NCBI GenBank assembly: GCA_031459385.1
Contig: JAVKIP010000007.1
Span: forward strand, 32,001 to 96,000
Direction of reading: 5' to 3'
DNA: 64,000 nt
Source of the DNA: Candidatus Fervidifonticultor secundus
Lineage (GTDB): Bacteria; Sysuimicrobiota; Sysuimicrobiia; Sysuimicrobiales; Humicultoraceae
Shown here in pieces: positions 1-9,635 of the stretch (its first letter is position 1; each line of letters opens with the position of its first letter). A program made the position numbers and the translations under genes. The notes beneath the pieces are model-generated. The model did not search any database, had not been told where the DNA came from, and saw nothing but the letters and a program-made list of their open reading frames with translations.

Positions 1-1
1 C

Positions 2-1270
2 TGGCTCGCCGTGGTGGTGCAGGGGATCACCTACCGCGATGCCCTGTGGTTTCGCTACTACGTGGTGAACGTCGCGTGGCTGCAGGACGTGTTCCTGGCG
101 CTGGGAACGCTCAGTGCGGTCATCCTGCTCGTCGGTCGCGTCCGCGCCCGCCTGCCCGTGGCCGCCTGGCAGTCCCTGCCGCCCGTCAGCATCGTCATCC
201 CGGCGAAGAACGAGGTACGGGTGATCGAAGGCGTGGTGCGCGACGCGTGCGCCCAGCGCTACGCAGGCGGCATCGAGGTCGTCGTGGTCGACGACCGCTC
301 CACGGACGGGACGGGCGAACTGCTCGAGCGCCTGCAGGCCGAGTTGCCCGTCACCGTGGTGCGGACCCGGCCGGGCAGCTTCGGCAAGGCGGGAGCGCTC
401 CAGGTGGGCGTCGCGGCCAGCCGCGGGTCGGTGCTCGCGGTGTTCGACGCCGACGCCCGCATGGCGCCCGACGTGATCGCCACCATGGTACCCCTGCTGG
501 CCGCGCCGCGCGTGGCCGCCGTACAGGGCCGCCGGCTCGTCTACAACGCCGGCCGCAACTTCCTGACACGCTTCCAGGACGACGAGTACCGCGTCTTCCA
601 GACCCTGATGCAGGGGGCCCGACAGGTCCTCGGCGGCTTCGTCTGCCTGGCCGGCAACGGCCTGCTGGTCAAGCGCGAGGCGCTCGATGCCGTCGGCGGT
701 TGGAACCCCGACGCGCTGACGGAGGACATCGACCTGGCGGTGCGGCTGCACCTGGGCGGGTGGGAGATCCGCTACTGCTACGACGCGCAGATCTGGGAGG
801 AAGCCGTGGTGACGCTGCGCGACCTGCTCCGGCAGCGCGAGCGCTGGTTCGAAGGCGCCCTCCAGTGCCTCGGGGAGTACCTGCCCCGGATCCTGCGCAG
901 CCGTCTGCCGCTGGTGCGCAAAGTCGACATGCTGTTCTTCCTGTCAGGCTCGCTGATCGGCGCCCTGGCCGCCCTCACCGGCTACGCCTACGCCCTGGTG
1001 GGCGCCCTGCTGGAGGCCGTGGTCTACATCCAGCTCCCGGGGACCCTGATAGCGTGGGCCTCTGCGGCCCTGACCGTGGCCATGCTGGCCGCCGTCACGA
1101 CCGAAGTCGGGTATCACCCGCTGCGGCTGGTGGGCGTGCTCGGCCGCTGGACGCTGTTCTCGCTGCACACGCTGGTGATCGTGCCCCTGGCGATCTGGCG
1201 CTACGTGCACGGAGCCCTGACCGGGGCCCGGGACTGGCGCAAGACCTCCCACGAGGGCGGCGTGGGCTGA
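2..1270 (+). CDS. Glycosyltransferase family 2, processive membrane type; probably 5'-truncated by the window edge
   Basis: VSIVIPAKNE, DDRSTD, GKAGAL, DAD, TED and QRERW (QxxRW) motifs plus C-terminal TM helices. Frame is open from base 2. Confidence 0.9.
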   Translation, partial: WLAVVVQGITYRDALWFRYYVVNVAWLQDVFLALGTLSAVILLVGRVRARLPVAAWQSLPPVSIVIPAKNEVRVIEGVVRDACAQRYAGGIEVVVVDDRSTDGTGELLERLQAELPVTVVRTRPGSFGKAGALQVGVAASRGSVLAVFDADARMAPDVIATMVPLLAAPRVAAVQGRRLVYNAGRNFLTRFQDDEYRVFQTLMQGARQVLGGFVCLAGNGLLVKREALDAVGGWNPDALTEDIDLAVRLHLGGWEIRYCYDAQIWEEAVVTLRDLLRQRERWFEGALQCLGEYLPRILRSRLPLVRKVDMLFFLSGSLIGALAALTGYAYALVGALLEAVVYIQLPGTLIAWASAALTVAMLAAVTTEVGYHPLRLVGVLGRWTLFSLHTLVIVPLAIWRYVHGALTGARDWRKTSHEGGVG

Positions 1271-1283
1271 CCGGCGCGCGGCC

Positions 1284-2270
1284 TCAGAGCAGCCCGGCGT
1301 AGACGTCGCGCAGGCGGGCCCCCACGCGGTCCAGGGAGTGGGCGGTGGCGTACCGGCGGGCTTCGGCCGCCAGGCGCGCGCGCAGCTCGGGCTCCTCCAC
1401 GAGCCGCCGTAGCTGGACGGCGAACTCGTCGGCATTGGCCGCGAGCAGCGCGTTCTCGTTGTCCACGAACCGGCCTGCGAAGCACTCGGCATCGCGCAGC
1501 ACCAGCGGCCGGCCAGCCGCAGCCGCCTCCAGCACCGCGATGCCCTCGTTCTCCACGGCGCTGGGGAAGAAGAAGATGTCTCCGGCCGCGTAGGCCTCGG
1601 TTACGTTCTCGACGTAGCCCGGGAAGCGCACGTTGGCCGGGGCCTCGTCGATCACCCGCAGCGTCTCGGGCTTGACGCCCTTGGGAATCCGGCCGAACCA
1701 GACGAACGTGAGGTGTGGGAGCCGCCGCGCCACCTCGCAGAACAGGTCTACGCCCTTGCGCAGCAGGACCAGCCCCACGGCGAAGGCCACCATGCCCCGG
1801 AGGAAGTGCCGTCCCCGCGCCAGCCGGCGCGCCCGGTACAGCGAGTGGAACCGCCGGAGGTCGACCCCATTGCTCACGACCTCGATCGGGCGGACCACGC
1901 CGTGGCGCTCGAGGATCTGCTTGGTGTACGAGGACGGCGTGATCACCAGGTCGGCCTTGTTGTAGAAGTAGGTGAGCAGCCGGCCCAGGTACGGCGCCAG
2001 AGAGTCGCTCATGACGAACGAGTTCGCGAAGTCCTCGGCGGTGGTGTGCGCCGAGATGACCAGCGGGACCCGCCCGCTGAACTTCTCCGCCAGGTAGAGC
2101 GAGCGCGGGCCGATCTGATGGAGGTGGAGCAGGTCGAACGCCTCGCTGGGGTCGCTGGTGACAGCGACGCCGGCCGCCTGGAGGGCGCGGAGCTGGTTGT
2201 CGTAGGCCTGGCGGATCCCGCTGCTCCAGGACGACGTCTGGGCGTGCTCCAGATAGACGCAGACTTTCAC
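1284..2270 (-). CDS. Glycosyltransferase family 4 (resembles glycolipid diglucosyl-DAG synthase/CpoA type)
   Basis: VKVCVYLE start (GTG 2270), HTTAEDF, VSNGVD, RKG, FFFPSAVENEGIAVLEA (Ex7E). Confidence 0.88.
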   Translation of the reverse strand: MKVCVYLEHAQTSSWSSGIRQAYDNQLRALQAAGVAVTSDPSEAFDLLHLHQIGPRSLYLAEKFSGRVPLVISAHTTAEDFANSFVMSDSLAPYLGRLLTYFYNKADLVITPSSYTKQILERHGVVRPIEVVSNGVDLRRFHSLYRARRLARGRHFLRGMVAFAVGLVLLRKGVDLFCEVARRLPHLTFVWFGRIPKGVKPETLRVIDEAPANVRFPGYVENVTEAYAAGDIFFFPSAVENEGIAVLEAAAAGRPLVLRDAECFAGRFVDNENALLAANADEFAVQLRRLVEEPELRARLAAEARRYATAHSLDRVGARLRDVYAGLL

Positions 2271-2360
2271 GAGGTCCCCCGGCTTCGTCGGAATGCGGGT
2301 CCCGCCCGCCGGGGCGCGCGGAACCGATGTCCGGATGCGGCATGCCCGGACGATGGAGAA

Positions 2361-2388
2361 CATTCGCCGGCCCGCGAACTTCCCCTGC
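2361..2388 (-). promoter_or_regulatory. Sigma-H-like promoter for the GT4 gene
   Basis: GCAGGG-N17-GAAT on minus strand, close to the AGGA-N17/18-GAAT consensus. Confidence 0.45.
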
Positions 2389-2424
2389 TGCGCGGCGGGC
2401 CACGATCCGCCCGCAGCCGGGCGC

Positions 2425-2454
2425 TGGACGACCGCGCGCGCCGCGTGCTAGAGT
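2425..2454 (+). promoter_or_regulatory. Sigma70-type promoter of the ileS leader
   Basis: TGGACG-N18-TAGAGT with extended TG, just upstream of the T-box leader. Confidence 0.45.
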
Positions 2455-2467
2455 ACTGCCACGTTTG

Positions 2468-2705
2468 GCGATGACGGGGACGGCGCGGCCGGCTGGCCAG
2501 AGCGAGCCGGAGGCCGGTGCGAGCCCGGTGGCAGGCGGTTGCGTCCCATCACCCCGGAGCTGCGGGGCCGAGCGGGACCCCCTGCGGTCCCGGGAGGGCT
2601 CGCCGGCTGCTCCCCCGAGACGGGAGATGGAGCGCCGCCGCGAGCGTGCGGCGGAACCAGGGTGGTACCGCGGGTGCATCCCGTCCCTGTCGGGGCGGGT
2701 TTTTC
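2468..2705 (+). promoter_or_regulatory. T-box riboswitch (Ile), transcription attenuator
   Basis: Stem I motifs AGAG and GGTGCGA, candidate ATC specifier at 2548-2550, T-box AACCAGGGTGGTACCGCG at 2655-2672, then a terminator, all upstream of ileS. Confidence 0.9.
2680..2705 (+). terminator. T-box intrinsic terminator
   Basis: CCCGTCCC-tgtc-GGGGCGGG hairpin followed by TTTTT; overlaps the antiterminator. Confidence 0.85.
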
Positions 2706-2795
2706 GTTTCGGGGTGCCTGCGGGGCCGGCTCGCGCCGGGTGGGGCGCGGCGCGGTCGGAAACACTGAGGAGGGAGAAGGAGACCGAGGGAGACG

Positions 2796-5700
2796 ATGCC
2801 GCCGTTCCGTCCGGTGCCCGCGAAGCTCGATTTCCCGGCGCAGGAGCGCGAGGTGCTGCGCTGGTGGGCCGAGCGTGACATTCTGGCCAAGTACCTGCGC
2901 CGCAACGAGACGTCGCCGCGCCGCTTTGCCTTCCTCGACGGCCCCATCACCGCCAACAACCCCATGGGCATCCACCACGCCTGGGGGCGGACCTACAAGG
3001 ACCTGTTCCAGCGCTACAAGACCATGGCCGGCTACCGGCAGCGCTACCAGAACGGGTTCGACGGGCAGGGCCTGTGGGTCGAGGTGGAAGTCGAGAAGGA
3101 ACTGGGCTTCAAGAGCAAGCGAGACATCGAGGTCTACGGCATCGCGCCGTTCGTCGAGCTGTGCAAAGCCCGGGTGCGCCGCTTCGCGGATGTCATCACG
3201 CAGCAGTCGCTGCGCCTGGGCTACTGGATGCGGTGGGACGCCTCCTACCACACCATGGCCGACGAGAACAACTACATGATCTGGTACTTCCTCAAGCGGT
3301 GCTGGGAGCGCGGGCTGATCTACAAGGGACACGACTCCATGCCCTGGTGCCCGCGGTGCGGCACCGGCATCTCGGAGCACGAGATCGTCACCGAGGGGTA
3401 CCGCGAGGTGACCCACCCGGGGCTGACGGTGCGTCTGCCGCTGGTCGACGCGCCGGGCCGGTCGCTGCTCGTCTGGACCACGACTCCCTGGACGCTGACC
3501 AGCAACGTGGCGGCGGCCGTGCACCCCGCCCAGACCTACGTGCGGGTCCGGCAGGACGACGAGGAGCTCTACGTGATGGCGGCGCGGCTGGAGATGCTCA
3601 CCGGCCGCTACACTGTCCTGGAGACCCTGCCGGGCCACGCGCTGGTGGGCTGGCGCTACCGCGGGCCGTTCGACGACCTCCCGGCCCAGGAAGGCGTCGA
3701 GCACCGGGTCATCCCCTGGGAAGACGTGAGCGCCGACGAGGGCACCGGCATCGTGCACATCGCACCCGGGGCAGGGGCCGAGGACTTCGCGCTGGGGAAG
3801 CAGTTCGCCCTGCCGGTGCTGGCGCCACTGGACGAGTTCGGCGTCTTCGTCGAAGGCTTCGGCGAGTTCACCGGACGCGCGGTGGCGGAGGTGGCGGAGC
3901 CTATCGAGGCGCGACTGCGCCAGCGGGGCCTGCTCTACCGCGCCGAGCCCTACACCCACCGGTACCCGGTGTGCTGGCGCTGCGGCACCGAGCTGGTCTT
4001 CCGCGTCGTGGACGAGTGGTTCATCGCCATGGAGCCGATCCGCGCCGCAGTCATGGACGTGGCGCGGCAGGTACGGTGGATTCCCGAGTTCGGGCTCGAG
4101 CGCGAACTGGACTGGCTGCGCAACATGCGCGACTGGATGATCAGCAAGAAGCGCTACTGGGGACTGGCGCTGCCGATCTACGAATGCCAGGCGTGCGGCG
4201 CGTTCGAGGTCCTGGGCTCGCGGGAGGAGCTGCGCGCGCGGGCCGTGGAGGGGTGGGAGGTGTTCGACGGCCACTCCCCGCACCGCCCGTGGGTGGACGC
4301 CGTGAAGATCCGCTGCCGCGCCTGCGGTGCGGTGGTCGCGCGCATCCCCGACGTCGGCAACCCGTGGCTGGACGCCGGGATCGTGCCGTTCTCCACGTTG
4401 ATCGACCCGGCCACCGGCGACGTGTCGTACCTGGGAGACCGCCGGTACTGGCGCGAGTGGTTCCCGTTCGACTTCATCACCGAGGCGTTTCCGGGGCAGT
4501 ACCGGAACTGGTTCTATTCCCTGCTGGTGATGAGCACGGTGCTGGAGGGCCGGGCCCCGTTCCGCGTCTGCCTGGGGCACGCGCTGGTCCGCGACGAGCA
4601 GGGGCGCGAGATGCACAAGTCGTGGGGCAACGCCATCGAGTTCGAGGAGGCCGCCGACCGCATTGGCGCGGACGTGGTGCGGTGGGTCTTCGCCTCCCAG
4701 AACCCCGCGGTGAACACCAACTTCGGCTACGGGCCGGCCGACGAGGTGCGCCGCCGGTTCGTGCTGCCCCTGTGGAACGTCTACGCCTTCTTCGTCACCT
4801 ACGCCGCGCTGGAGCGCGACCTGGACCTGGCGGGCCTGCAGGCTGCGCCGCCGCCGCTGCGGCTGCTGGACCGGTGGATCCTCTCGCGCCTGGCCGGCCT
4901 GGTCCAGACGATGGTGGCGCGCCTCGACGACTACGAGCCGGCCGGCGCCTGCCGCGCGGTCGAGGCGTTCGTCGACGATCTCTCCACCTGGTACGTGCGG
5001 CGCAGCCGCCGCCGGTTCTGGAAGAGCGAGGACGACCAGGACAAGCGCGCGGCCTACTGCACCCTGTATACGGTGCTGGCGACGCTGACGCAGGCGCTGG
5101 CGCCCTTCATGCCGTTCTTGTCCGAGGCCATCTACCAGAACCTGGTGCGTACCGTAGACCCCCAGGCGCCGGAAAGCGTGCACCTGTGTGCCTATCCGGC
5201 CCCGGCGCCGGACCGGCGCGATCCGGCGCTGGAAGCCCTCATGGACGACGTGCGGGAACTGGTGCGTCTGGGCCGCGCGGCCCGCGGGGCCGCCCGGATC
5301 CGCGTGCGGCAGCCGCTGCCCGCCGTGCTCATCGCCACGACACAGCGGGCCATCCTGCAGGAGCCCGAGCTGGTGGAGCTCCTGGCCGACGAGCTGAACG
5401 TGAAGCAGGTGCGCGTCCTCGAAGAGGTGGCGCCCTACGTGACCTACGAGGTCAAACCGCGGTTCGATCGGCTCGGGCCGCGGTTCGGCGCGCGCGTGCA
5501 GGCCGTGGCGGGCGCCCTGCGGGCGCTGGCTCCCGCCGTAGCGGCGGCGGCCGTGCAGCGGGGCGAGGGGCTGGTCGTGACCGTCGACGGCGAGCGGCTG
5601 GAACTCGCCCCGGAGGAGCTCGAGGTGAGGCTGCGCACCGCGCCCGGCTACACCGCGGAGGGCACCGGCGCCCACCTGGTCGTGCTCGAGACCGCGATCG

Positions 5701-5969
5701 ACGAGAGCCTGGCCCGCGAGGGCTGGGCCAGGGAACTGGTGCACCACATCCAGCAGATGCGCAAGGACCAGGGCCTTGAGGTCAGCGACCGCATCGTGCT
5801 GTACGTGGACGGCGACGCGGAGCTCCAGGCGGTGCTCCAGGCGCACCGCGCCTACGTGCTGGGCGAGACGCTGTCGGTGGACGTGCGGCCCGGCGCGGCG
5901 GGGCGGCCGGGGGCACGGGAAGTCCGCCTGGACGGCATCGTCGCCACCGTGGCGGTCACCCGGCCGTGA
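2796..5969 (+). CDS. ileS: Isoleucine--tRNA ligase, type 2 (IleRS2)
   Basis: DGPITAN..GIHH, WTTTPWTL, GTGIVH editing motif, DWMISKKRYWG, EMHKS, type-2 C-terminus (REGWARELV..IQQMRK); preceded by an Ile T-box. Confidence 0.96.
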   Translation: MPPFRPVPAKLDFPAQEREVLRWWAERDILAKYLRRNETSPRRFAFLDGPITANNPMGIHHAWGRTYKDLFQRYKTMAGYRQRYQNGFDGQGLWVEVEVEKELGFKSKRDIEVYGIAPFVELCKARVRRFADVITQQSLRLGYWMRWDASYHTMADENNYMIWYFLKRCWERGLIYKGHDSMPWCPRCGTGISEHEIVTEGYREVTHPGLTVRLPLVDAPGRSLLVWTTTPWTLTSNVAAAVHPAQTYVRVRQDDEELYVMAARLEMLTGRYTVLETLPGHALVGWRYRGPFDDLPAQEGVEHRVIPWEDVSADEGTGIVHIAPGAGAEDFALGKQFALPVLAPLDEFGVFVEGFGEFTGRAVAEVAEPIEARLRQRGLLYRAEPYTHRYPVCWRCGTELVFRVVDEWFIAMEPIRAAVMDVARQVRWIPEFGLERELDWLRNMRDWMISKKRYWGLALPIYECQACGAFEVLGSREELRARAVEGWEVFDGHSPHRPWVDAVKIRCRACGAVVARIPDVGNPWLDAGIVPFSTLIDPATGDVSYLGDRRYWREWFPFDFITEAFPGQYRNWFYSLLVMSTVLEGRAPFRVCLGHALVRDEQGREMHKSWGNAIEFEEAADRIGADVVRWVFASQNPAVNTNFGYGPADEVRRRFVLPLWNVYAFFVTYAALERDLDLAGLQAAPPPLRLLDRWILSRLAGLVQTMVARLDDYEPAGACRAVEAFVDDLSTWYVRRSRRRFWKSEDDQDKRAAYCTLYTVLATLTQALAPFMPFLSEAIYQNLVRTVDPQAPESVHLCAYPAPAPDRRDPALEALMDDVRELVRLGRAARGAARIRVRQPLPAVLIATTQRAILQEPELVELLADELNVKQVRVLEEVAPYVTYEVKPRFDRLGPRFGARVQAVAGALRALAPAVAAAAVQRGEGLVVTVDGERLELAPEELEVRLRTAPGYTAEGTGAHLVVLETAIDESLAREGWARELVHHIQQMRKDQGLEVSDRIVLYVDGDAELQAVLQAHRAYVLGETLSVDVRPGAAGRPGAREVRLDGIVATVAVTRP

Positions 5970-6724
5970 GCGCGACCCGCCGCACGATCGGCGTCCTCGG
6001 CGGCATGGGGCCGTGGGCCACCCTGGACTTCTTCGCGCGCCTGCTCCGGCTGACCCCGGCGTCCCGTGACCAGGATCACCTTCGGGTGCTCATCGACAAC
6101 AACCCGGCAGTCCCCGACCGTACCGCGGTCCTGCTGGGCCACGGCGAGGATCCGACCCCGTGGCTGGTCGCCGGCGCCCGGGGGCTGGCGGCCGCCGGTG
6201 CGGACGTCCTCGCCATCCCCTGCAACACGGCGCATGCGTTCTATCCGGCCATCGCTGGCAGCGTGGCGATCCCGGTGCTCCACATGATGGAAGAAGCCGC
6301 TGCGGCCGCGGCGCAGGCGTACCCCCGGCTGCGCCGCGTCGGGCTGCTCGCCACCGCCGGGACCGTCCGCACCGGGCTGTACGCGCGCGCGTTCGGCCGG
6401 TACCACGTCGAGACGATCGTGCCCCGCGGCCAGGAGCAGGCGGCAGCGGATGCCCTGATCGCGGCCATCAAGGCCGGGCCCGGTCCCGGCCACCGGGCAG
6501 CGGCCGTCGACCTGATGCAGGCACTGGCGGCCAGGGGCGCCGAGGTGATCGTGCTCGGGTGCACGGAGCTCCCCCTCGTGCTCCAGGCCGACGCCGCACC
6601 CGTGCCAGTGCTGGACGCCACCGAGGTGCTGGCCAGGCGCGCGGTGGCCCTGGCGCGGGGTGATGCGGCCTGGCCGCCCGTGGCCGGTCCAGTCCCCCTT
6701 GCCAGTGGAGAGGCTCTTGAGTAA
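5966..6724 (+). CDS. Aspartate/glutamate racemase family amino-acid racemase
   Basis: IGVLGGMGP, PCNTAH and GCTE two-cysteine motifs; GTGA overlap with ileS. Confidence 0.92.
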   Translation: MSATRRTIGVLGGMGPWATLDFFARLLRLTPASRDQDHLRVLIDNNPAVPDRTAVLLGHGEDPTPWLVAGARGLAAAGADVLAIPCNTAHAFYPAIAGSVAIPVLHMMEEAAAAAAQAYPRLRRVGLLATAGTVRTGLYARAFGRYHVETIVPRGQEQAAADALIAAIKAGPGPGHRAAAVDLMQALAARGAEVIVLGCTELPLVLQADAAPVPVLDATEVLARRAVALARGDAAWPPVAGPVPLASGEALE

Positions 6725-6727
6725 GAT
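6699..6727 (+). promoter_or_regulatory. Sigma70-type promoter for the dksA-like-lspA-lgt operon
   Basis: TTGCCA-N17-TAAGAT. Confidence 0.6.
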
Positions 6728-6770
6728 AGGCGGGGTCTTAAGCCCCCAGGGCGGGTGAGGGAGGGCGATC

Positions 6771-7343
6771 ATGCCGAACAAGGCCGCGCGGGCGCGATCC
6801 ACGCGGGGCCGGACGACCACAGCGGCCACGTCCACCGGAAAGGGGCAGCCCAGGGCGTCTGGCCGGGCCCGGTCCACGCGCGCCAGCGCCTCGCGGGTGC
6901 CTGTGCGGGCTGTCCGTGCAACCAAGCCGGTGCGATCCGCGCCCCGGGTGGCCGCGGCGACGCGGCCGCTGACCAAGCGCGAGATCGAGGAGTTCCGCCG
7001 GCAGCTGGAGGAGGAGCGCGACCGGCTGGCCCGGGAGCTGGAGGCGATCGAGGAGCACCTGCCCGAGGTCGAGCAGATCAGCGTCGACTCCAGCGGCTAC
7101 GACGAGGACATCGCGGACGTCGCGGCCGACACGTTCGAGCGTGAGAAGGGCTTTGCCATCGAGAACAGCGTGCAGACCCTGCTCACCCAGGTGGAGGAGG
7201 CGTTGAGCCGTATCGACGACGGCACCTACGGCATCTGCGAGCTGTGCGGTCAGCCGATCCACATCGAGCGCCTCCGCGCCATCCCGTACGCCCGCCTGTG
7301 CATCCAATGCAAGGCGCGCGAAGAGCAGGCGAACTCCCGCTAA
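6771..7343 (+). CDS. TraR/DksA C4-type zinc-finger protein
   Basis: Coiled coil with DIADVA, YGICELCG..ERLRAIP..LCIQC; basic N-terminal tail; GGAGG RBS. Confidence 0.92.
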   Translation: MPNKAARARSTRGRTTTAATSTGKGQPRASGRARSTRASASRVPVRAVRATKPVRSAPRVAAATRPLTKREIEEFRRQLEEERDRLARELEAIEEHLPEVEQISVDSSGYDEDIADVAADTFEREKGFAIENSVQTLLTQVEEALSRIDDGTYGICELCGQPIHIERLRAIPYARLCIQCKAREEQANSR

Positions 7344-7351
7344 CGCCGTCC

Positions 7352-7876
7352 GTGACGCACGCGCCCCCGGCCCGACGCGCGGTCTGGCCGGGGGCGCTGT
7401 TCCCTGCCGGCCTGGTCGCACTGGCGGACCAGGCGATCAAGGCGGCCGTCGTGACGGCCCTGCCGGTGGGCGCTGCAGTGCCGCTGTTGCCGGGCCTGCT
7501 GACCCTGACGCACGTGCAGAACCGCGGTGTGGCCTTCGGGCTGCTGCCGGGTGTGCCTCCGGTGGTGATCGGGCTGGCCGCGGGCCTCCTGGTGGCGTGG
7601 CTGGTGTGGACGGGCGGGCGGCCGCGCGGTGCGCGCGGAGCGTCTGCAGGCGGCGCCCTCATGCTGGGCGGGACCGCGGGCAACCTGGTGGACCGCCTGC
7701 GCTGGGGGTATGTCGTCGACTACGTGGACCTGCACGTCTGGCCCGTCTTCAACCTGGCTGACGCGGCCATCGCCGTCGGGGGTGCCCTCCTCGTCCTGGG
7801 GCTGGCACGTGGAGCGGGAGAGGCCGGTGCGACGCGCCAGACAGCTCCCCGCAGCCGGCGTCGGCGCTGGAGGTGA
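7352..7876 (+). CDS. lspA: Lipoprotein signal peptidase II
   Basis: DQAIK, NRGVAFG, GNLVDR, VVDY, FNLAD motifs; start estimated. Confidence 0.93.
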   Translation: MTHAPPARRAVWPGALFPAGLVALADQAIKAAVVTALPVGAAVPLLPGLLTLTHVQNRGVAFGLLPGVPPVVIGLAAGLLVAWLVWTGGRPRGARGASAGGALMLGGTAGNLVDRLRWGYVVDYVDLHVWPVFNLADAAIAVGGALLVLGLARGAGEAGATRQTAPRSRRRRWR

Positions 7877-7879
7877 CCG

Positions 7880-8650
7880 GTGCAGCAGATCCTGTACGAC
7901 GTCTGGGGCGTACCGATCTCGGCGTTCGGCCTGTTCCTGCTGCTGGCCTTCTTCGCGGGGATCGTCGTGGCGCGTCGCGTGGCCCATGCGCGCCTGGGGA
8001 TCGAGCCCACCCAGACGCTGGACCTGGCCCTCTACGCCATCGTGGCGGGCATCGTCGGCGGCCGGATCGGGTTCGTGCTGGCCAACCTCGAGGCGTTCGC
8101 CGGCGAGCCGCGGCGGATCCTGACGATCTGGCGGGACGGCGGTCTCGTGTACTACGGGGCGCTGGCGGCGGGCCTGCTGCTCGCGCGCCTGTACACCCGC
8201 AGGTGGCCGGCGTCGTTCGGTGCCCTGCTGGATGCCTACGCGCCGGCGCTGGTCCTGGGCTACGGCGTGGCCATGATCGGCGCGCTGCTGCACGGCCTGT
8301 TTCCCGGCAAGCCCACCGGTGTGCCCTGGGCGATCGAGCTGTTCCTCGAACGGCGACACCCCACCCAGATCTACCTGGCCGTGGCCGCAGCCGCGATCCT
8401 GGTCATCCTGCGCGGGCAGCGCGACCAGGCGCTGGCTGACGGCACGCTCTTCGTGCTGGCGGTGTTCCTGCAGGCGGTGGCGCGGTTCTTCGTGGACGTC
8501 TTCGTCGAGGCCCCAGCGGTCGCCGGACCGTTGACGCTCGGCCAGCTCGCCAGCGGCACCGTGGCGCTGGCCAGTGGCCTGCTCCTCCTCTGGCTGCAGC
8601 GCCGCGCGCCGGCGCTCGGCGCGGAGCCGACGCCCCAGTCGTCGGTGTAG
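7880..8650 (+). CDS. lgt: Prolipoprotein diacylglyceryl transferase
   Basis: IVGGRIGFV, WRDGGLVYYG, HPTQIY; multi-TM; adjacent to lspA. Confidence 0.85.
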   Translation: MQQILYDVWGVPISAFGLFLLLAFFAGIVVARRVAHARLGIEPTQTLDLALYAIVAGIVGGRIGFVLANLEAFAGEPRRILTIWRDGGLVYYGALAAGLLLARLYTRRWPASFGALLDAYAPALVLGYGVAMIGALLHGLFPGKPTGVPWAIELFLERRHPTQIYLAVAAAAILVILRGQRDQALADGTLFVLAVFLQAVARFFVDVFVEAPAVAGPLTLGQLASGTVALASGLLLLWLQRRAPALGAEPTPQSSV

Positions 8651-8651
8651 C

Positions 8652-9635
8652 GTGCCCGAGGGCAGCACCGACGAGACGCACACGTTCGTGGTCGATGCGG
8701 CCGCTGCGGGGCGGCGCCTCGACGCCTACCTGGCGGCGCAGGCGCCCGGGCTCTCCCGCGCCAGGATCCAGGCGCTCATCGAGGCCGGCTGTGTCAGCCT
8801 CCCGCGGCTCGCCGGCCAGCGCGTGCGGCCGGCGGTGCGCTTGCGGGCCGGGGACGTCGTCGTCTTGGCCGTTCCGCCGCCCGCGCCCACTGCCCTGCAG
8901 CCCGAACCCCTTCCCCTCGACATCGTGTACGAAGACACCGACCTGCTGGTGATCAACAAGCCCCCGGGGCTCGCAGTGCACCCCGGGGCAGGCAGGGCCG
9001 CGGGCACGCTGGTGCACGCCGTGCTCGCGCACTGCCCGGACCTGCCCGGCGTCGGCGGCACGCACCGGCCCGGGATCGTGCACCGCCTGGACAAAGACAC
9101 CTCAGGCGTGCTGGTCGTGGCCAAAACCGAGACGGCGCTGCGCCACCTCCACGCGGAGATCGCGGCCCGACGGGCCAGCCGCGACTACCTCGCGCTGGTC
9201 TGGGGCGTGCCCGACCGCGCGGCGGGGACGATCGCGGCACCCATCGGGCGCGACCCGCGCCAGCGCACCCGCATGGCGGTGCGGCCCGACGGACGCCCCG
9301 CCGCGACGCAGTACCGTGTGATCGAAGCCTTTCCGGCGGTGGCGCTGCTGGAGGTCCGGCTGCTGACCGGGCGCACGCACCAGATCCGGGTGCACTGCGC
9401 GCACATCGGGCACCCCGTCGTCGGCGACCCGGTCTACGGTCGCCGCCGCAACCCGTGGGGCCTGACCCGCCAGGCGTTGCACGCATATCGGCTGGCGTTC
9501 ACGCATCCGCGGGACGGCCGGGCGATGCACTTCGAGGTGCCGCTGCCGGACGACCTGGCGGCAGTCCTGCGGGCGCTGCGTGCGGGCAGCGGACGGTCTC
9601 CGGAGGCGGCGCCCTCCGCGGGGCACACGCTATGA
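8652..9635 (+). CDS. rluD: RluA/RluD family 23S rRNA pseudouridine synthase
   Basis: S4 domain (RLDAYL), [30 protein letters not shown]. Confidence 0.93.
   Translation: MPEGSTDETHTFVVDAAAAGRRLDAYLAAQAPGLSRARIQALIEAGCVSLPRLAGQRVRPAVRLRAGDVVVLAVPPPAPTALQPEPLPLDIVYEDTDLLVINKPPGLAVHPGAGRAAGTLVHAVLAHCPDLPGVGGTHRPGIVHRLDKDTSGVLVVAKTETALRHLHAEIAARRASRDYLALVWGVPDRAAGTIAAPIGRDPRQRTRMAVRPDGRPAATQYRVIEAFPAVALLEVRLLTGRTHQIRVHCAHIGHPVVGDPVYGRRRNPWGLTRQALHAYRLAFTHPRDGRAMHFEVPLPDDLAAVLRALRAGSGRSPEAAPSAGHTL

Noticed and set aside
3074..5779. Long same-strand alternative-frame ORFs rich in R/G/P/A (many across the window)
   Set aside because: Stop codons are scarce in GC-rich DNA and the composition is not protein-like. 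Only their 3' ends are real where they contain the next gene (e.g. def, fmt, rlmN, kinase, hapK).
2448..5846. 1132-aa antisense ORF over ileS, and similar ones at 26565-31370, 42090-44150, 48430-50739, 59178-61922 and 62182-63954
   Set aside because: Shadow ORFs from high GC3 codon bias opposite well-supported genes; no motifs of their own.
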